The notes: generated from the letters alone by a model not told the origin. A stretch of DNA of 64,000 nt from Arcobacteraceae bacterium (GCA_965224485.1 CBDCZH010000016.1:96001-160000), one strand, 5' to 3'; numbered from the stretch's first letter, positions 17,885 to 30,717 are shown. Made by a program: numbers and translations.

Positions 17885-17978
17885 ATATACCTATTCTATA
17901 ATCTTTATAAACCGAACATAATACTCTGTAATATTTTAGTTACTAGCATAAGAAACGAATCTTATGCTACTTACTCTG

Positions 17979-19495
<1,517 letters not shown>

Positions 19496-19790
19496 ATGGT
19501 AGTTTGAAACTGACAATATTTATAATTGTTACATTACAAAATCATCACTCAAAATAGTTTTTACTACAAGTAGTAAAAGCTTAATAGACAAAGATATGTT
19601 TTACCATATTCTTGTTTTCTAATATTATCAATATGTTTGTTTAACCTATGTCATATTACATAGTTAAACAGAGTATCATATTCGGTTTATAAAGATTACT
19701 CTTTTTAAACCTTAAGTTGTTAAAGAACATCCAGACTCTCATGTTACCACCGCTCTTTCGTTTGGTGTGTATCACTTAAATTGGACGGGA

Positions 19791-19819
19791 ATTATAGACA
19801 ATTTATTCTCTTTTGTCAA
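19791..19819 (-). promoter_or_regulatory. sigma70 promoter of rRNA operon 2
   Basis: TTGACA-N17-TATAAT on the minus strand. Confidence 0.85.
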
Positions 19820-20021
19820 GGGTTTACTCTTCGATTTGGCTTAAATTTGTAAAGTTTTGTTTTTTTAATTTAATTTTTCTTATCTTATACATTATATATA
19901 AAGAAAAAATACTTCTTTATATTATAAGTAAAGAAAAAACTATGTAGATTCTATTTTAAAGCTTTTATTAAGTCAATCATATTAAAATGTACGCAAGACT
20001 TATTTTATAAAAGGAAAGAAA

Positions 20022-20717
20022 ATGTATAACAGAGATTATTTATCTCAAAACACGCATAATACTTCTCATGCACATGATTCATCAAAAGCTGAATTAATGA
20101 GCTTTTTAAAAGCTACTTACCAATTATTTGCTGGTTCATTATTAGCAGCTACGGCTGGAGCTTATATTGGCTTAGACATGGTTTCAACAATTGCCTCTTG
20201 GTATTGGGGTCTAGTAATTTTAGAATTTGTTTTATTATTTGCATTATTTGCAGTAAAAAATAAACCAGGAATAAATTTAGCTGTACTATTTGGATTTACA
20301 TTCATAAGTGGATTAACAATAACACCTTTATTGGCCTCAGTATTTGCAATGCCCGCAGGTGCTTCTATTGTTGCACAAGCATTTTTAATGACTTCTGTTG
20401 CATTTGCAGGTATTTCTATGTTTGCAATGACAACAAAAAGAGATTTCTCAGGAATGGGGAAAATGCTTTTTATTGTTTTAATTGTAGTCATTGTAGGTTC
20501 TGTTGCTAATATTTTTATTCAAGCACCAATGTTACAATTAGGTATTGCTATGGTTGGAGCAGTTTTATTTTCTGCTTTTATTCTTTACGATACTCAAAAA
20601 ATCATTAAAGGTGGTTATTCAACACCAATTGAAGCTGCTATTGCTTTATACTTAGATTTCTTTAACTTATTTATCATGTTATTACAAATCTTAGGTATTT
20701 TTAATAGTGATGATTAG
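20022..20717 (+). CDS. Bax inhibitor-1/YccA family membrane protein
   Basis: Seven TM segments; ILYDTQKI and ALYLDFFNLF motifs. Confidence 0.92.
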   Translation: MYNRDYLSQNTHNTSHAHDSSKAELMSFLKATYQLFAGSLLAATAGAYIGLDMVSTIASWYWGLVILEFVLLFALFAVKNKPGINLAVLFGFTFISGLTITPLLASVFAMPAGASIVAQAFLMTSVAFAGISMFAMTTKRDFSGMGKMLFIVLIVVIVGSVANIFIQAPMLQLGIAMVGAVLFSAFILYDTQKIIKGGYSTPIEAAIALYLDFFNLFIMLLQILGIFNSDD

Positions 20718-20751
20718 GAACTAACTCCTTAAGAAGGAGTTAGTTAATTTT

Positions 20752-21159
20752 ATGATGGAAATAAATGAATTAAGACTAATTGATGCCAATCTTAACAGGT
20801 TAAGGGAAGGCATTCGTGTTGTTGAAGATATCTTTAGATATGTATATAATGACAGAAATACTGCTTTAAAACTAAAAGAGTTAAGACATAAATCTAGACT
20901 TGTAATTTATAATGATTTATTAAAATCTCGTGATATTAAAAATGATGTTTTAAAAAAATCTACTGCTTCTGAACAAAATAGAGACAATCTCTACTCCATA
21001 TTAATAGCTAATTTTAAAAGAGCCCAAGAAAGTTCACGTGTATTAGAAGAGTTTACAAAACTTCAAGATATAAAAACTAGTGAAACATTTAAGTACATTA
21101 GATACGAGCTTTATGATTTAGAAAAAGCCTTAATAAATATAACTTCAAACTCTAAATAG
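20752..21159 (+). CDS. ThiD2-like protein (N-terminal domain of thiamine-phosphate synthase type)
   Basis: RLIDANLNRLREGIRVVED; ANFKRAQESSRVLEE. Confidence 0.82.
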   Translation: MMEINELRLIDANLNRLREGIRVVEDIFRYVYNDRNTALKLKELRHKSRLVIYNDLLKSRDIKNDVLKKSTASEQNRDNLYSILIANFKRAQESSRVLEEFTKLQDIKTSETFKYIRYELYDLEKALINITSNSK

Positions 21160-21803
21160 TTTAAATCATAATTTTTATATAAAAGTTTAGCCTCTTTAAA
21201 ACTAAGCTTTGAGTTTCCACTTACCCCTGAGTTCTTTATATATTTAAAAATATCTTTTTTATTATCAAATTCTAGATTGTAATTCAATATTTCAAATTCA
21301 CAAGAAAAGTTATTTGAAAAAGCCTCTTTAATTTCTAAGCTTGACAAGATAGGTGATTTTTGCCTTGTAAGCTCTTGAATACTTTTAAAGGTATTTGAAG
21401 TAAATAACACTGCATACATTTCATTAGAAAGTGAAGAAAGAAGCTTAAGTATTTTATTTAAATCTTTTGACCATTGTAAAGCAGAAGAAGATAAAATCAC
21501 ATCATATTTATCATTTTTTATGTTCTTCCTAAAATCACTTGAATCAAAATCGAAACACTTAACTTCAAGATTTTTAGCTCTTGGATGAAGAGAACACATT
21601 GAAGAAGAGAAGTCAATTGCCTTGTAATAATCTACATTCCAGGTGATATTTTTATATATTTGCCCAGACCCACAACCTAATTCTAAAATTCTTTTTGGTT
21701 TACTTAAAATATCTCTTATAAGCGACTTTGCAACAAGTTGTTGTATTATATTGTATGAATTATATTCATTTGCGTGTTTTGAAAACTCATTTTTTACTGA
21801 CAT
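21111..21803 (-). CDS. bioC: BioC-like SAM-dependent methyltransferase
   Basis: FSKHANEY..IQ, LELGCGSG, SSSALQW. Confidence 0.75.
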   Translation of the reverse strand: MSVKNEFSKHANEYNSYNIIQQLVAKSLIRDILSKPKRILELGCGSGQIYKNITWNVDYYKAIDFSSSMCSLHPRAKNLEVKCFDFDSSDFRKNIKNDKYDVILSSSALQWSKDLNKILKLLSSLSNEMYAVLFTSNTFKSIQELTRQKSPILSSLEIKEAFSNNFSCEFEILNYNLEFDNKKDIFKYIKNSGVSGNSKLSFKEAKLLYKNYDLNYLEFEVIFIKAFSKS

Positions 21804-21875
21804 GGGAAATATTTTAGCTTTTTTTTAATAAAGTTTGGATAAAATACCTACCATTTTTTATAAAGGAATTATAAT

Positions 21876-22235
21876 ATGACATCAACACTACTAATAGTTC
21901 AAATCGTATTAGCAGTTTTAATAACTATAAGTATATTACTTCAAAAAAGTTCGAGTATGGGACTTGGTGCTTATAGTGGTAGTAATAACTCTGTATTTGG
22001 AGCAAAAGGACCTGCAAGTTTTTTAGCAAGAAGTACAATGGTTCTAGGACTTGTATTTGTTTTAAATACTTTGGTACTAGGATATTACTTTAATGAACAA
22101 AGACAAGCAAGTGCTGTTGATTCTGTAAAAGCAGAATCATTAATACCAACAATGCCAGCAAAAGCAAAATCTATTGCTCCAGCAGCTCCAATCAAGGCTG
22201 CTCCAGTTACAACTCCGGTTGTTCCTAGTAAATAA
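21876..22235 (+). CDS. secG: preprotein translocase subunit SecG
   Basis: ILLQKSSSMGLGAYSGS..SVFGAKG. Confidence 0.95.
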   Translation: MTSTLLIVQIVLAVLITISILLQKSSSMGLGAYSGSNNSVFGAKGPASFLARSTMVLGLVFVLNTLVLGYYFNEQRQASAVDSVKAESLIPTMPAKAKSIAPAAPIKAAPVTTPVVPSK

Positions 22236-22240
22236 TTTTA

Positions 22241-22277
22241 TAAATAGCTAGTTACAAAGTATTAAACTAGCTATTTT
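22241..22277 (+). terminator. terminator after secG
   Basis: AAATAGCTAGTT...AACTAGCTATTTT. Confidence 0.7.
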
Positions 22278-22465
22278 TACACAAAATTAAGTACTTAATA
22301 CTTACACTTCATTAAAATAAATCTATAAATATCTCAAAAATATAGATATTACAAAATAAATAAATATTAAAAATGATATAATCAAATAAATTTTAAATAA
22401 ACAAATGTTTAATAGAAAACTTCAAGACAAATGATTCTATAAAATGTAAATAAAAGGATAAATAT

Positions 22466-23023
22466 ATGGTAAGCAAAATTTATACAGAAACTAAGCAAGG
22501 TATGGAAAAATCTCTAGAAGCATTAAAAAGAGACTATAAAACTCTAAGAACAGGTAAGGTTTCTCCTTCAGTTTTAGACGGTGTAAAAGTTGATTATTAT
22601 GGAACTATGACAGATCTGAATCAAGTTGGTTCAGTTACAGCAATTGATGCAACTACAATTGCAGTAAATCCTTGGGAAAAAAATCTTTTAGGAGATATTG
22701 AAAGAGCGATACAAAATGCAAATATAGGTGTTAATCCTAATAATGATGGTGAAATAATTAAACTATTCTTTCCACCAATGACAGTTGACCAAAGAAAAGA
22801 GAGTGCTAAGGGTGCAAAAGCAATGACTGATAATGCAAAAGTAGCTATTAGAAATATAAGAAAACACTCAAATGATGAAATTAAAAATCTTCATAAAGAT
22901 AAAGAAATTACTGATGATGAAAGTAAAAAAGCACAAGATGAAATTCAAAAAATAACTGATTCTTTTGTAACTTTAGCTGATTCTACTCTAAGAGCTAAAG
23001 AACAAGAAATTTTAACGGTTTAA
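22466..23023 (+). CDS. frr: ribosome recycling factor
   Basis: [26 protein letters not shown]. Confidence 0.97.
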   Translation: MVSKIYTETKQGMEKSLEALKRDYKTLRTGKVSPSVLDGVKVDYYGTMTDLNQVGSVTAIDATTIAVNPWEKNLLGDIERAIQNANIGVNPNNDGEIIKLFFPPMTVDQRKESAKGAKAMTDNAKVAIRNIRKHSNDEIKNLHKDKEITDDESKKAQDEIQKITDSFVTLADSTLRAKEQEILTV

Positions 23024-23025
23024 TT

Positions 23026-23634
23026 ATGAATATAGAAAAAATATATAAAGATTCATCTGCTCTTTTAGAAGGGCATTTTAAACTAAGTAGCGGAAATCAT
23101 TCAAAGTTTTATTTACAAAGCGCTAAAGTTTTAGAAAATCCTAAAACTGCTAAGCTTTTAGCAAATGAATTAGCTAAACAAATAAAAGAATCTGGTATCA
23201 AAGTTGATGCTGTATGTTCACCTGCACTTGGTGGAATAATTTCTGGATTTGCACTTGCAACTGCTTTAGATGTAAGATTTATTTTTGCAGAAAGAGTTGA
23301 TGGAATTATGAGTATTAGAAGAGGGTTTGAAGTTAAAAAAGATGAAAAGTATATCATTTGTGAAGATATTATTACAACTGGTGGATCTGCCCTAGAAGCT
23401 GCAAAAGAAGTTGAAAAAAGTGGAGCAGAAGTTGTAGCTTATGCTGCTTTAGCAAATAGAGGTTTTTGTAAAAGAGAAGGAAGTACACAAGAGGCAAAAG
23501 AAAATTGTAAGTTACCACTTAACAAACCACTTTTTGCTCTTGATGATTTTACCTTTGAAATGTATTCACCTGAAACTTGTCCTATGTGCAAAGAAGGAAG
23601 TACAGCTTATAAACCAGGTTCTAGAGGCAACTAA
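23026..23634 (+). CDS. pyrE: orotate phosphoribosyltransferase
   Basis: [23 protein letters not shown] loop. Confidence 0.96.
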   Translation: MNIEKIYKDSSALLEGHFKLSSGNHSKFYLQSAKVLENPKTAKLLANELAKQIKESGIKVDAVCSPALGGIISGFALATALDVRFIFAERVDGIMSIRRGFEVKKDEKYIICEDIITTGGSALEAAKEVEKSGAEVVAYAALANRGFCKREGSTQEAKENCKLPLNKPLFALDDFTFEMYSPETCPMCKEGSTAYKPGSRGN

Positions 23635-23636
23635 AA

Positions 23637-24110
23637 ATGAGTCGTAAAAAATATAAAGAAGTAAGAAAGAGTAAAGAAGAAAAAATAAATATAGAAAGTT
23701 TATCTTTTTCTTCTTGCTCTTCAATTCCCTCAAGAATAAAAGCTTTTGTTGTTGATATGTTTATGATAATGATGCCCTTAGCTTATATAACAACTTATGT
23801 TTTATTAGATGGTAAAGATGACTTTCAAAGTAATAACTCTGCTCGTTGGGCTATATCTATTATATATGGTTTAGTTATTATCTTTTTTTGGGTTTTAAAA
23901 GCACAAAGTCCAGGACTAAGAGCATATAAATTAAAACTAATTGATGCTAAAAGTAAAAAAAACATCTCTCTTGCAAAAGCAATTCTAAGATATTTTGCCT
24001 TTTTATTCTCTTCTATGAGTATAATATTAACACTTTTACCTTTTTTTAGAAAAGATAAAAAAACATTTCAAGACTTAATTGCTAATACATTGGTAGTTGA
24101 CAGTAAATAA
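23637..24110 (+). CDS. RDD family membrane protein
   Basis: RIKAFVVD ... FQDLIANTLVV. Confidence 0.88.
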   Translation: MSRKKYKEVRKSKEEKINIESLSFSSCSSIPSRIKAFVVDMFMIMMPLAYITTYVLLDGKDDFQSNNSARWAISIIYGLVIIFFWVLKAQSPGLRAYKLKLIDAKSKKNISLAKAILRYFAFLFSSMSIILTLLPFFRKDKKTFQDLIANTLVVDSK

Positions 24111-25198
24111 TGATCTTTTTTAATCTTAGTGCATTTTATTTCTTTTATTTTGCAGCCGTTGGTGTTTATATAATTTTTATGCCAAAGGTTTTATTAGATC
24201 TTGGATACAGTACTTTTGATATTGGAATAGTATTCGCCCTTGCTCCTTTAATGAGATTTATAACTCCATTTCTATTTTTAAAGCACATAAAATTAGATCA
24301 AGTTGTTTTTAAACTTGCTCTTTTTTTAGCTTTATTTTGTGCTTCATTATTTTATTTCACTATTGATAATTTTTATGCTTTTTTAATTAACAATGCTATT
24401 TTAGGAGTTTGCTTAAGTTTAATACTTCCATATATCGAAGTTATTGCTCTTAAAGATTTAGGAAGACAAAGATATGGAAAATCAAGATTATATGGCTCAA
24501 TTGGTTTTATGCTAATTGCTCTTTTACTTGCAAAGTTTTTATATGAACCTAAAGTAGCTCTTCATTATTATTTAGCAACAACAACTTTAACTGTTGTATT
24601 TTCACTTATTTTACTTAAATATGATGTATCTCATAAAGAAATAAGTTCTAAAAAGAGTTTTTCTTTTATGCAATACTGGCCGTTTTGGTTAAGTTTGTTT
24701 TTTATGCAAGTAAGTTTTGGAGGTTTTTATAATTTTTTTACTATTTATGAAACAGAACAAGGAATAAGCTTAGAGCTTATTTCATATTTATGGACATTTG
24801 GTATTATTTGTGAAATAATAATATTATATTTTCAAGCACCGCTTCTTAAAAAGAATTTATTAAATTTGATAAAGTTTTCCATTGCAATAACAGCAATAAG
24901 ATGGTTTTTATTATATTTATTTCCAAATAATCTAACAATAACTTTCTTAACTCAAGGATTACATGCTTTTTCCTTTGCTTTATATCATAGTGCTGTAATA
25001 ATATACCTATATACCTTATATGAGAACAAAAAACTAGCACAGCAATTCATGTATGGAGTTGCTTATGGTTTAGGAGGCTTTATAGGAGCTCTTAGCTCAG
25101 GGTATCTATATGGTGAGAATATATTCTTATATTCAAGTATTTTTGCACTTCTTTCATATATCTCAATTTTATATACTAAAAAATCACCTATAACTTAG
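24110..25198 (+). CDS. MFS transporter
   Basis: About 12 TM segments; YGKSRLYGSIGF. Confidence 0.88.
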   Translation: MIFFNLSAFYFFYFAAVGVYIIFMPKVLLDLGYSTFDIGIVFALAPLMRFITPFLFLKHIKLDQVVFKLALFLALFCASLFYFTIDNFYAFLINNAILGVCLSLILPYIEVIALKDLGRQRYGKSRLYGSIGFMLIALLLAKFLYEPKVALHYYLATTTLTVVFSLILLKYDVSHKEISSKKSFSFMQYWPFWLSLFFMQVSFGGFYNFFTIYETEQGISLELISYLWTFGIICEIIILYFQAPLLKKNLLNLIKFSIAITAIRWFLLYLFPNNLTITFLTQGLHAFSFALYHSAVIIYLYTLYENKKLAQQFMYGVAYGLGGFIGALSSGYLYGENIFLYSSIFALLSYISILYTKKSPIT

Positions 25199-26430
25199 AT
25201 TTTTCCATCTAATTGATCTTCTCTGTATTTGATAACATCTTTTAAATCATCTATTTTTTTTGTATGTTCATCTATTTTTTTAAGTGCCACTTTATATGCT
25301 TTACTTTTTGCTTCTAATTCATTTTTTACATTTACTAAAGTATCTTCTAGTCTTTTACAAAGTACTTTAAAATCACTTGCTATTGTGGTGATTTTACTAA
25401 CTTTTTCATTAGTATAATAAACTAGTTTTTCATTATTGGATCTAGTTTTTTCTATTTCTTCTTCAAAATGTTTAACTTGTGATAATAACTTAGAAGATCT
25501 TTTTCTCTCTATATTTAATGCATCTTCAAATAAAGGTGTATTTTCATATTTTTTTAATTTATTTATTAAACTTATTATGTGACTAGAATTCTTTACATTT
25601 TGTTTTTTGTTTTCTTGTATATTAGCTACGACTTTTTTCTTAAACTCTCTTTTTTCTAACTCATCATCAGTTGTTAAAAATCTAATTGCAATATATTCAA
25701 TAATATCTTTTCCATATTCATCAAAAATTGGCATAATAGTTGCATTAACATAATAAGCAGACCCATCTTTAGCCCTATTCTTAACCTTACCACTCCAAGT
25801 TTTACCATCTTTTATATCAGCCCATAACTTTTTAAAACTTTCACTTGGCATATCAGGATGTCTTATTATACTATGTGGTTTACCTAATAATTCATCTTTA
25901 TCATATTGGGCAATATCACAAAAAATATCATTCACGTAAGTAATACAACCTTTTAAATCTGTTTTTGAAACAATTGCTACTTTATTTAAAGCATCTAAGT
26001 ACCTACTTATTTCTTCTTTTTGTTTCATTACTCTTAAAGAGAATAATTTATATTCGCAGTGTTTGGCAACTTTTTTAAATAAATCAGTAACATCAAAAGG
26101 TTTAGCTATATATTCAGAAACATTATAAGAAATAGCATCAAGCATATAGGGGACCTCTGTAAATGCTGTTACAAAAATAAAAGGCACATCACTGGTTTTT
26201 CTAACAAGCTTTAAAACTTCAAGACCTGAGAGTTTTGGCATATTTATATCACTTATTATTATGTCTATAATTGCTTTATTCTTTTCAAATAAAGAACAAC
26301 CCTCTTCTCCATCTTTTCCTACAATAACTTTTTTAAAAACCATAAGCATTGTTTCTTCAATTGAGGTTCTAATAATCTCATCATCTTCAATATATAAAAT
26401 TGTAATTTTTTTTAACAAGTCAGTATTCAT
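25195..26430 (-). CDS. response regulator with REC, PAS and coiled-coil regions
   Basis: LYIEDD, ISDINMP, TA and KPF; PAS motifs VSKTDLKG, HPDMP, NRAKDG. Confidence 0.88.
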   Translation of the reverse strand: MNTDLLKKITILYIEDDEIIRTSIEETMLMVFKKVIVGKDGEEGCSLFEKNKAIIDIIISDINMPKLSGLEVLKLVRKTSDVPFIFVTAFTEVPYMLDAISYNVSEYIAKPFDVTDLFKKVAKHCEYKLFSLRVMKQKEEISRYLDALNKVAIVSKTDLKGCITYVNDIFCDIAQYDKDELLGKPHSIIRHPDMPSESFKKLWADIKDGKTWSGKVKNRAKDGSAYYVNATIMPIFDEYGKDIIEYIAIRFLTTDDELEKREFKKKVVANIQENKKQNVKNSSHIISLINKLKKYENTPLFEDALNIERKRSSKLLSQVKHFEEEIEKTRSNNEKLVYYTNEKVSKITTIASDFKVLCKRLEDTLVNVKNELEAKSKAYKVALKKIDEHTKKIDDLKDVIKYREDQLDGKI

Positions 26431-26498
26431 ATTCATCCTAGAATAGAAGTATATAAAAAACAAGTAAAGAAGTCAATTAATAATTTTTAATTTTAAAC

Positions 26499-27236
26499 TT
26501 ATTTGATGTTAAGAACAAGAGTTTTAATATTATTATTTATTTGAATTTCACTTATTTCTAGGTTTTTTAGCTCATAATTCATAAATTCTTCAAAAGAATT
26601 TATATTATTTTGTGCTAAAATTTTCAATAAATAACCTCTATAATGTTTAGCCCAGTGAGAAATAACTTTTCCATCTTTTAAAAACTTAAAAGTTAAAACT
26701 TTTTTATTTTTAGTTTTATAAAATTTTTCGTAATATCCTGCTCTTAAATCTATGATTTCATCATCTAAATAATTATCTAAAGCATCTGAAAAATTATCTA
26801 AGTAAAATTTTTCTAATGCGAAATCAGGAAGTTTTGAACCTTGTTTATATTTATAATCAGGGATTAAGTCATTTGCTTTTAGAGGACCAAAAAGATTTGA
26901 AAAAATTATTACATTATTGTCAATATAATTTTGTTCTTTTTCTTTTAAACTTTCATAAGAAAGTGCATCAAAAGCTACTCCATTGTATCGATTGATTGCT
27001 TTTAGGGTTTTCTTATTTTGTAAAGACTCTTTATATCTTTTTACTTCATCTTTATTTTTAAGACCAAACCAAGTGCTAAGTTCATCAATACTAAGATTTT
27101 TAATATGTTTTTCATAAAGAGTAAAAACTTCTTCTCTTTTATCAAATAAATTCTCTAAAAAGAAATTTTTGTTGCAAAAAGAAGGAGAATCTCCTCCTGT
27201 ATTTTTAGTTTCAGCAGGGGCTAGTAGTATTTTCAT
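26499..27236 (-). CDS. yaaA: YaaA family peroxide-stress protein
   Basis: LLAPAETK, RYNGV, SNLFG, SHWAKHYRG. Confidence 0.82.
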   Translation of the reverse strand: MKILLAPAETKNTGGDSPSFCNKNFFLENLFDKREEVFTLYEKHIKNLSIDELSTWFGLKNKDEVKRYKESLQNKKTLKAINRYNGVAFDALSYESLKEKEQNYIDNNVIIFSNLFGPLKANDLIPDYKYKQGSKLPDFALEKFYLDNFSDALDNYLDDEIIDLRAGYYEKFYKTKNKKVLTFKFLKDGKVISHWAKHYRGYLLKILAQNNINSFEEFMNYELKNLEISEIQINNNIKTLVLNIK

Positions 27237-27287
27237 TTACGTTTTCCTAGGTATAAGATCAATGAAAGTATAGCTAAAAGAGATAAT

Positions 27288-27698
27288 TTATAAAAATTCT
27301 CCACTATGATATAACCAAGAATCATTTATTTTTTCAAATCTACTTTTTTCACAAAAAGTAATATCTTCATTATTTTGTTTTAAATTAACTCTAAAAGTAA
27401 CATAAGATATTTTTTCATCTTCTTTTGTATCTAATATTTCTAAAGAATTAAACTCTGTACTAGTACAAAACTCTAAAATACTCTCTTTCCAAAACGCAAT
27501 ATCATTTGTATAATCTACATTTAAGAAATGTGTTGTTTTTATAATATATTTATAGTCATTTACACAAAATGCACTATATCTTGATTTCATTAATAAAAGT
27601 GCAGTTTTAGGCAAAGCTCCTATATGAAAAATTTTACAGCACTTTTTATATTCTTTTAAACTGCCACAAGGACAAGTTGTATTAAGAGAAATTTTCAA
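27288..27698 (-). CDS. YchJ/SEC-C motif protein
   Basis: CPCGS..Y..CC, LMKSRYSAF, EKSRF. Confidence 0.9.
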   Translation of the reverse strand: MKISLNTTCPCGSLKEYKKCCKIFHIGALPKTALLLMKSRYSAFCVNDYKYIIKTTHFLNVDYTNDIAFWKESILEFCTSTEFNSLEILDTKEDEKISYVTFRVNLKQNNEDITFCEKSRFEKINDSWLYHSGEFL

Positions 27699-27708
27699 TG
27701 TTCAAATT

Positions 27709-28215
27709 TTATAAGAATTTTTTTATAGAAATTCTTTTAATCTCTTTTTTTATACCTGCTAAAATATAATTAATATTATCACTTTTTAAACTTAGAAGTT
27801 CTTTTTCACATTGAACACAAGAAAAACTTGTTTTATATAATAAATAATCATTCTCATGAATTAACTCAGTATCACACTTAGGGCAATAACACCATAAGTC
27901 TACTACTTCTTTACCATCCCATGACCACTTCCAAGGTATATCTTTAAAATTATCACTTGTATATGAATGAAATTCATATTTAGGTTTTATAAATGATAGT
28001 AAAATTTCTAGAGATTTTATTAGCCCTAGAAAAACAAAAAGACTAAGAATTAGGAACTCTAGTGAATTTAATACAAAATCTGTCTTTATATATATTAAAG
28101 AATCATCTAATAGGATATTAAATTTTAATGGATAAAAAATACTCATTGCAAAAAGTGAGATTAGTGTTATAACAAATATATATATAAAGAAAATAGATAT
28201 CTTTTTCTTAGTCAA
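27709..28215 (-). CDS. hypothetical membrane protein with zinc-ribbon motif
   Basis: Two TM segments, then CPKC...CVQC. Confidence 0.65.
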   Translation of the reverse strand: MTKKKISIFFIYIFVITLISLFAMSIFYPLKFNILLDDSLIYIKTDFVLNSLEFLILSLFVFLGLIKSLEILLSFIKPKYEFHSYTSDNFKDIPWKWSWDGKEVVDLWCYCPKCDTELIHENDYLLYKTSFSCVQCEKELLSLKSDNINYILAGIKKEIKRISIKKFL

Positions 28216-28321
28216 ATTTAATCCTTTTATTATTAAATGTAATTATACTATATTAAATTAATTATTTTTATTTAATTTTATAATTCTTTCAGTATCATAT
28301 ATAAAATATAAAAGGATTTAA

Positions 28322-28717
28322 ATGAGTGAGCAAACTTTTCCACTAGAACTAATTTCTAATTTTATCTCTATTCTCATATTATGTGTAATATTTTACAGAT
28401 ATTACCAATATAAACAAAAGCTTGATGTTCTAAATAAATTCAAGGAAATAAAAGATAAAAATAACTTATCTATTGAAGATAAAACTTTTTTAGAAAAAAA
28501 TCTAAATGAATATAAACAAGAGCATGTAAAAGTTGAAGCTTTATTGAAATTTTTATATCCCGTTTTTATTATGGTTGCTGCAATTTTAGTATTGTTATTT
28601 TCTTTTAGCACTGCGATGATTCATTTAAATATTGTAATTGTTATTTTTATTTATTTACATGTAAAAAGAATTCACATAAGAAATCTTCTTATTTTATTAG
28701 AAGATATTATTTCTTAA
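28322..28717 (+). CDS. hypothetical membrane protein
   Basis: AAGGA RBS; hydrophobic segments. Confidence 0.7.
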   Translation: MSEQTFPLELISNFISILILCVIFYRYYQYKQKLDVLNKFKEIKDKNNLSIEDKTFLEKNLNEYKQEHVKVEALLKFLYPVFIMVAAILVLLFSFSTAMIHLNIVIVIFIYLHVKRIHIRNLLILLEDIIS

Positions 28718-28722
28718 TCTTA

Positions 28723-29112
28723 TTATAAAGAGTAAAATATTTTCCAAGATGCGTCTTTATGTATTTCAAACTCAACAATATAGTTTGGGTTTGATTTCAA
28801 AAAAGAGATACAATCATAAATAGTTTTTTTTGCATCTGTACAATAAACATAATATTTTATCTCACCTTGAGAAATATCAACTGCTAAAAGTTTAACATTT
28901 TTTTCATTTTCTAATATTAATAAATGATTCTCTTCAAAAGCTGTAAAAAAGGCTAAACAAGATGGATCTGGAAAAAACATATCTTCAGAACTTGGATACT
29001 TATGTTTTATTATTAATAAAGTATCTAGATTTTCCTCATTTATTAAATCTCTTCTTACTCTTAACATTTGATTTATATTTGAACTTGTTTTTAAATCCCA
29101 CATATCATACAT
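28723..29112 (-). CDS. DUF695-like protein
   Basis: ..YYVY and D..W..F pattern; AAGGA RBS. Confidence 0.6.
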   Translation of the reverse strand: MYDMWDLKTSSNINQMLRVRRDLINEENLDTLLIIKHKYPSSEDMFFPDPSCLAFFTAFEENHLLILENEKNVKLLAVDISQGEIKYYVYCTDAKKTIYDCISFLKSNPNYIVEFEIHKDASWKIFYSL

Positions 29113-29121
29113 ATCTTATCC

Positions 29122-29769
29122 TTACCAAGAAATTATTTGTTTATTTTTACTTTCTAAAAAAGTATTTGTTTTTGAAAAAACTTTTGAAGAGAAAAAACCT
29201 CTATAAGCAGACAAAGGAGAAGGATGAACACCTTTTAATATACAATGTTTATCTAAATCAATTAGTTTTTCTTTTTTTATAGCATTAGCACCCCAAAGAA
29301 TAAAAACAATGTCTTTTCTATTTTCACTTAATGTTTGTATTATTTTATCAGTAAATATTTCCCAGCCAATTTTATGGTGAGATTTAGGTTTTCCTTCTTC
29401 TACACTTAGAATAGTATTTAATAAAAGAACTCCTTGTTTGGCCCATATTTCTAAGTCTCCATTTAAACAAGAAGATTCTTTTTTTAAATCATCTTTGATT
29501 TCTTTTAAAATATTTCGCATAGAAGGCGGGTTTTTAATATGTGAAGGAGTTGAGAAAGACAAACCTTGAGCTTGTTTCTCTTTATGATATGGGTCTTGCC
29601 CTAAAATCACAACCTTTACATCTAAAAAAGCAGTTATTTCAAAAGCTCTAAAAATATTAGCTCTTGAAGGAAAGATATTAGAGTTTTTATACTTTTTATC
29701 TAAAGTTTTTTGCAACTTTTTGTAATAATCTTTAGTACTTTCTTCTTTTATAATATCTTGCCAATTCAT
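29122..29769 (-). CDS. ung: uracil-DNA glycosylase
   Basis: GQDPYH, GVLLLN, HPSPLS. Confidence 0.97.
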   Translation of the reverse strand: MNWQDIIKEESTKDYYKKLQKTLDKKYKNSNIFPSRANIFRAFEITAFLDVKVVILGQDPYHKEKQAQGLSFSTPSHIKNPPSMRNILKEIKDDLKKESSCLNGDLEIWAKQGVLLLNTILSVEEGKPKSHHKIGWEIFTDKIIQTLSENRKDIVFILWGANAIKKEKLIDLDKHCILKGVHPSPLSAYRGFFSSKVFSKTNTFLESKNKQIISW

Positions 29770-29873
29770 TTATTCCCTTTTCTTTAATAATTATTACTAA
29801 TTTTTTATTAGAAATCTATTATTTACTATATTTTATGTATTATTACAAAATAAATTAATAAAAAAGATAAAAA

Positions 29874-30527
29874 ATGAAAGCTTGTATATTTGACCTTGAT
29901 GGAACACTAATTAATTCTATAAAAGATATATCAATATCTATGAACATAGTTTTAAAAAAACTAAATTTTAAAGAACATAGTATTGAAGAATATAAAAACT
30001 TTTTAGGTGATGGTGCTTTAATTTTAGTTAAAAATTCACTTCCTTTAAATACTTCACAAGAAACTATTAACCTAGCTTTAGAGTATTTTATTCAAAGTTA
30101 TGAAAGCAATGTTCAACAAAACACCTTTGCATATCCTGGAATTTATGAACTTTTAGAAGAGTTAGAGAAGTTAAATATTAAACTAGCAATATTATCAAAT
30201 AAACCACATAAGTTTACTGTCAAATACCAAGAGCTTCTTTTTTTAAAAACAAATTTTTTAGAAGTTCATGGACAAAAAGATGATATACCAAAAAAACCAC
30301 ATCCATATGCAGCACTACAAATTGCAAAAGCTTTTGACTTAGACACACAAGATATATTTTACATAGGTGATACTCCAAGTGATATTAAAACAGCCAAAGC
30401 AGCAAATATGAAAAGTATTGGGGTTGCTTGGGGTTTTAGACCTAAAGAAGAGTTAAGGAAAGAAGGAGCTGATTATATTGCAAATAAACCTCTTGATATT
30501 CTTAAAATTATAAACTCTTGTAACTAA
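29874..30527 (+). CDS. HAD family hydrolase (phosphoglycolate phosphatase-like)
   Basis: FDLDGTL, SNK, KPHP, IGDTPSD. Confidence 0.92.
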   Translation: MKACIFDLDGTLINSIKDISISMNIVLKKLNFKEHSIEEYKNFLGDGALILVKNSLPLNTSQETINLALEYFIQSYESNVQQNTFAYPGIYELLEELEKLNIKLAILSNKPHKFTVKYQELLFLKTNFLEVHGQKDDIPKKPHPYAALQIAKAFDLDTQDIFYIGDTPSDIKTAKAANMKSIGVAWGFRPKEELRKEGADYIANKPLDILKIINSCN

Positions 30528-30528
30528 T

Positions 30529-30717
30529 ATGAATATTGAATATATGTTTTTACAAAAAGCTGTTAAAAATAGAAATTATATTGAATTTCTTTATTTACAA
30601 AAAGAGTATAAGAATATAAAAGCTATTGAAATAAACAGTGAATTTATAAAAAGTAAGAAAAAAGAATTTAAAATTAAAGATATAAAAAAACTAACAATAA
30701 AAAAAGAGAGATTTTAA
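30529..30717 (+). CDS. small hypothetical protein
   Basis: Tightly packed between HAD and rof (TAATG overlap). Confidence 0.65.
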   Translation: MNIEYMFLQKAVKNRNYIEFLYLQKEYKNIKAIEINSEFIKSKKKEFKIKDIKKLTIKKERF

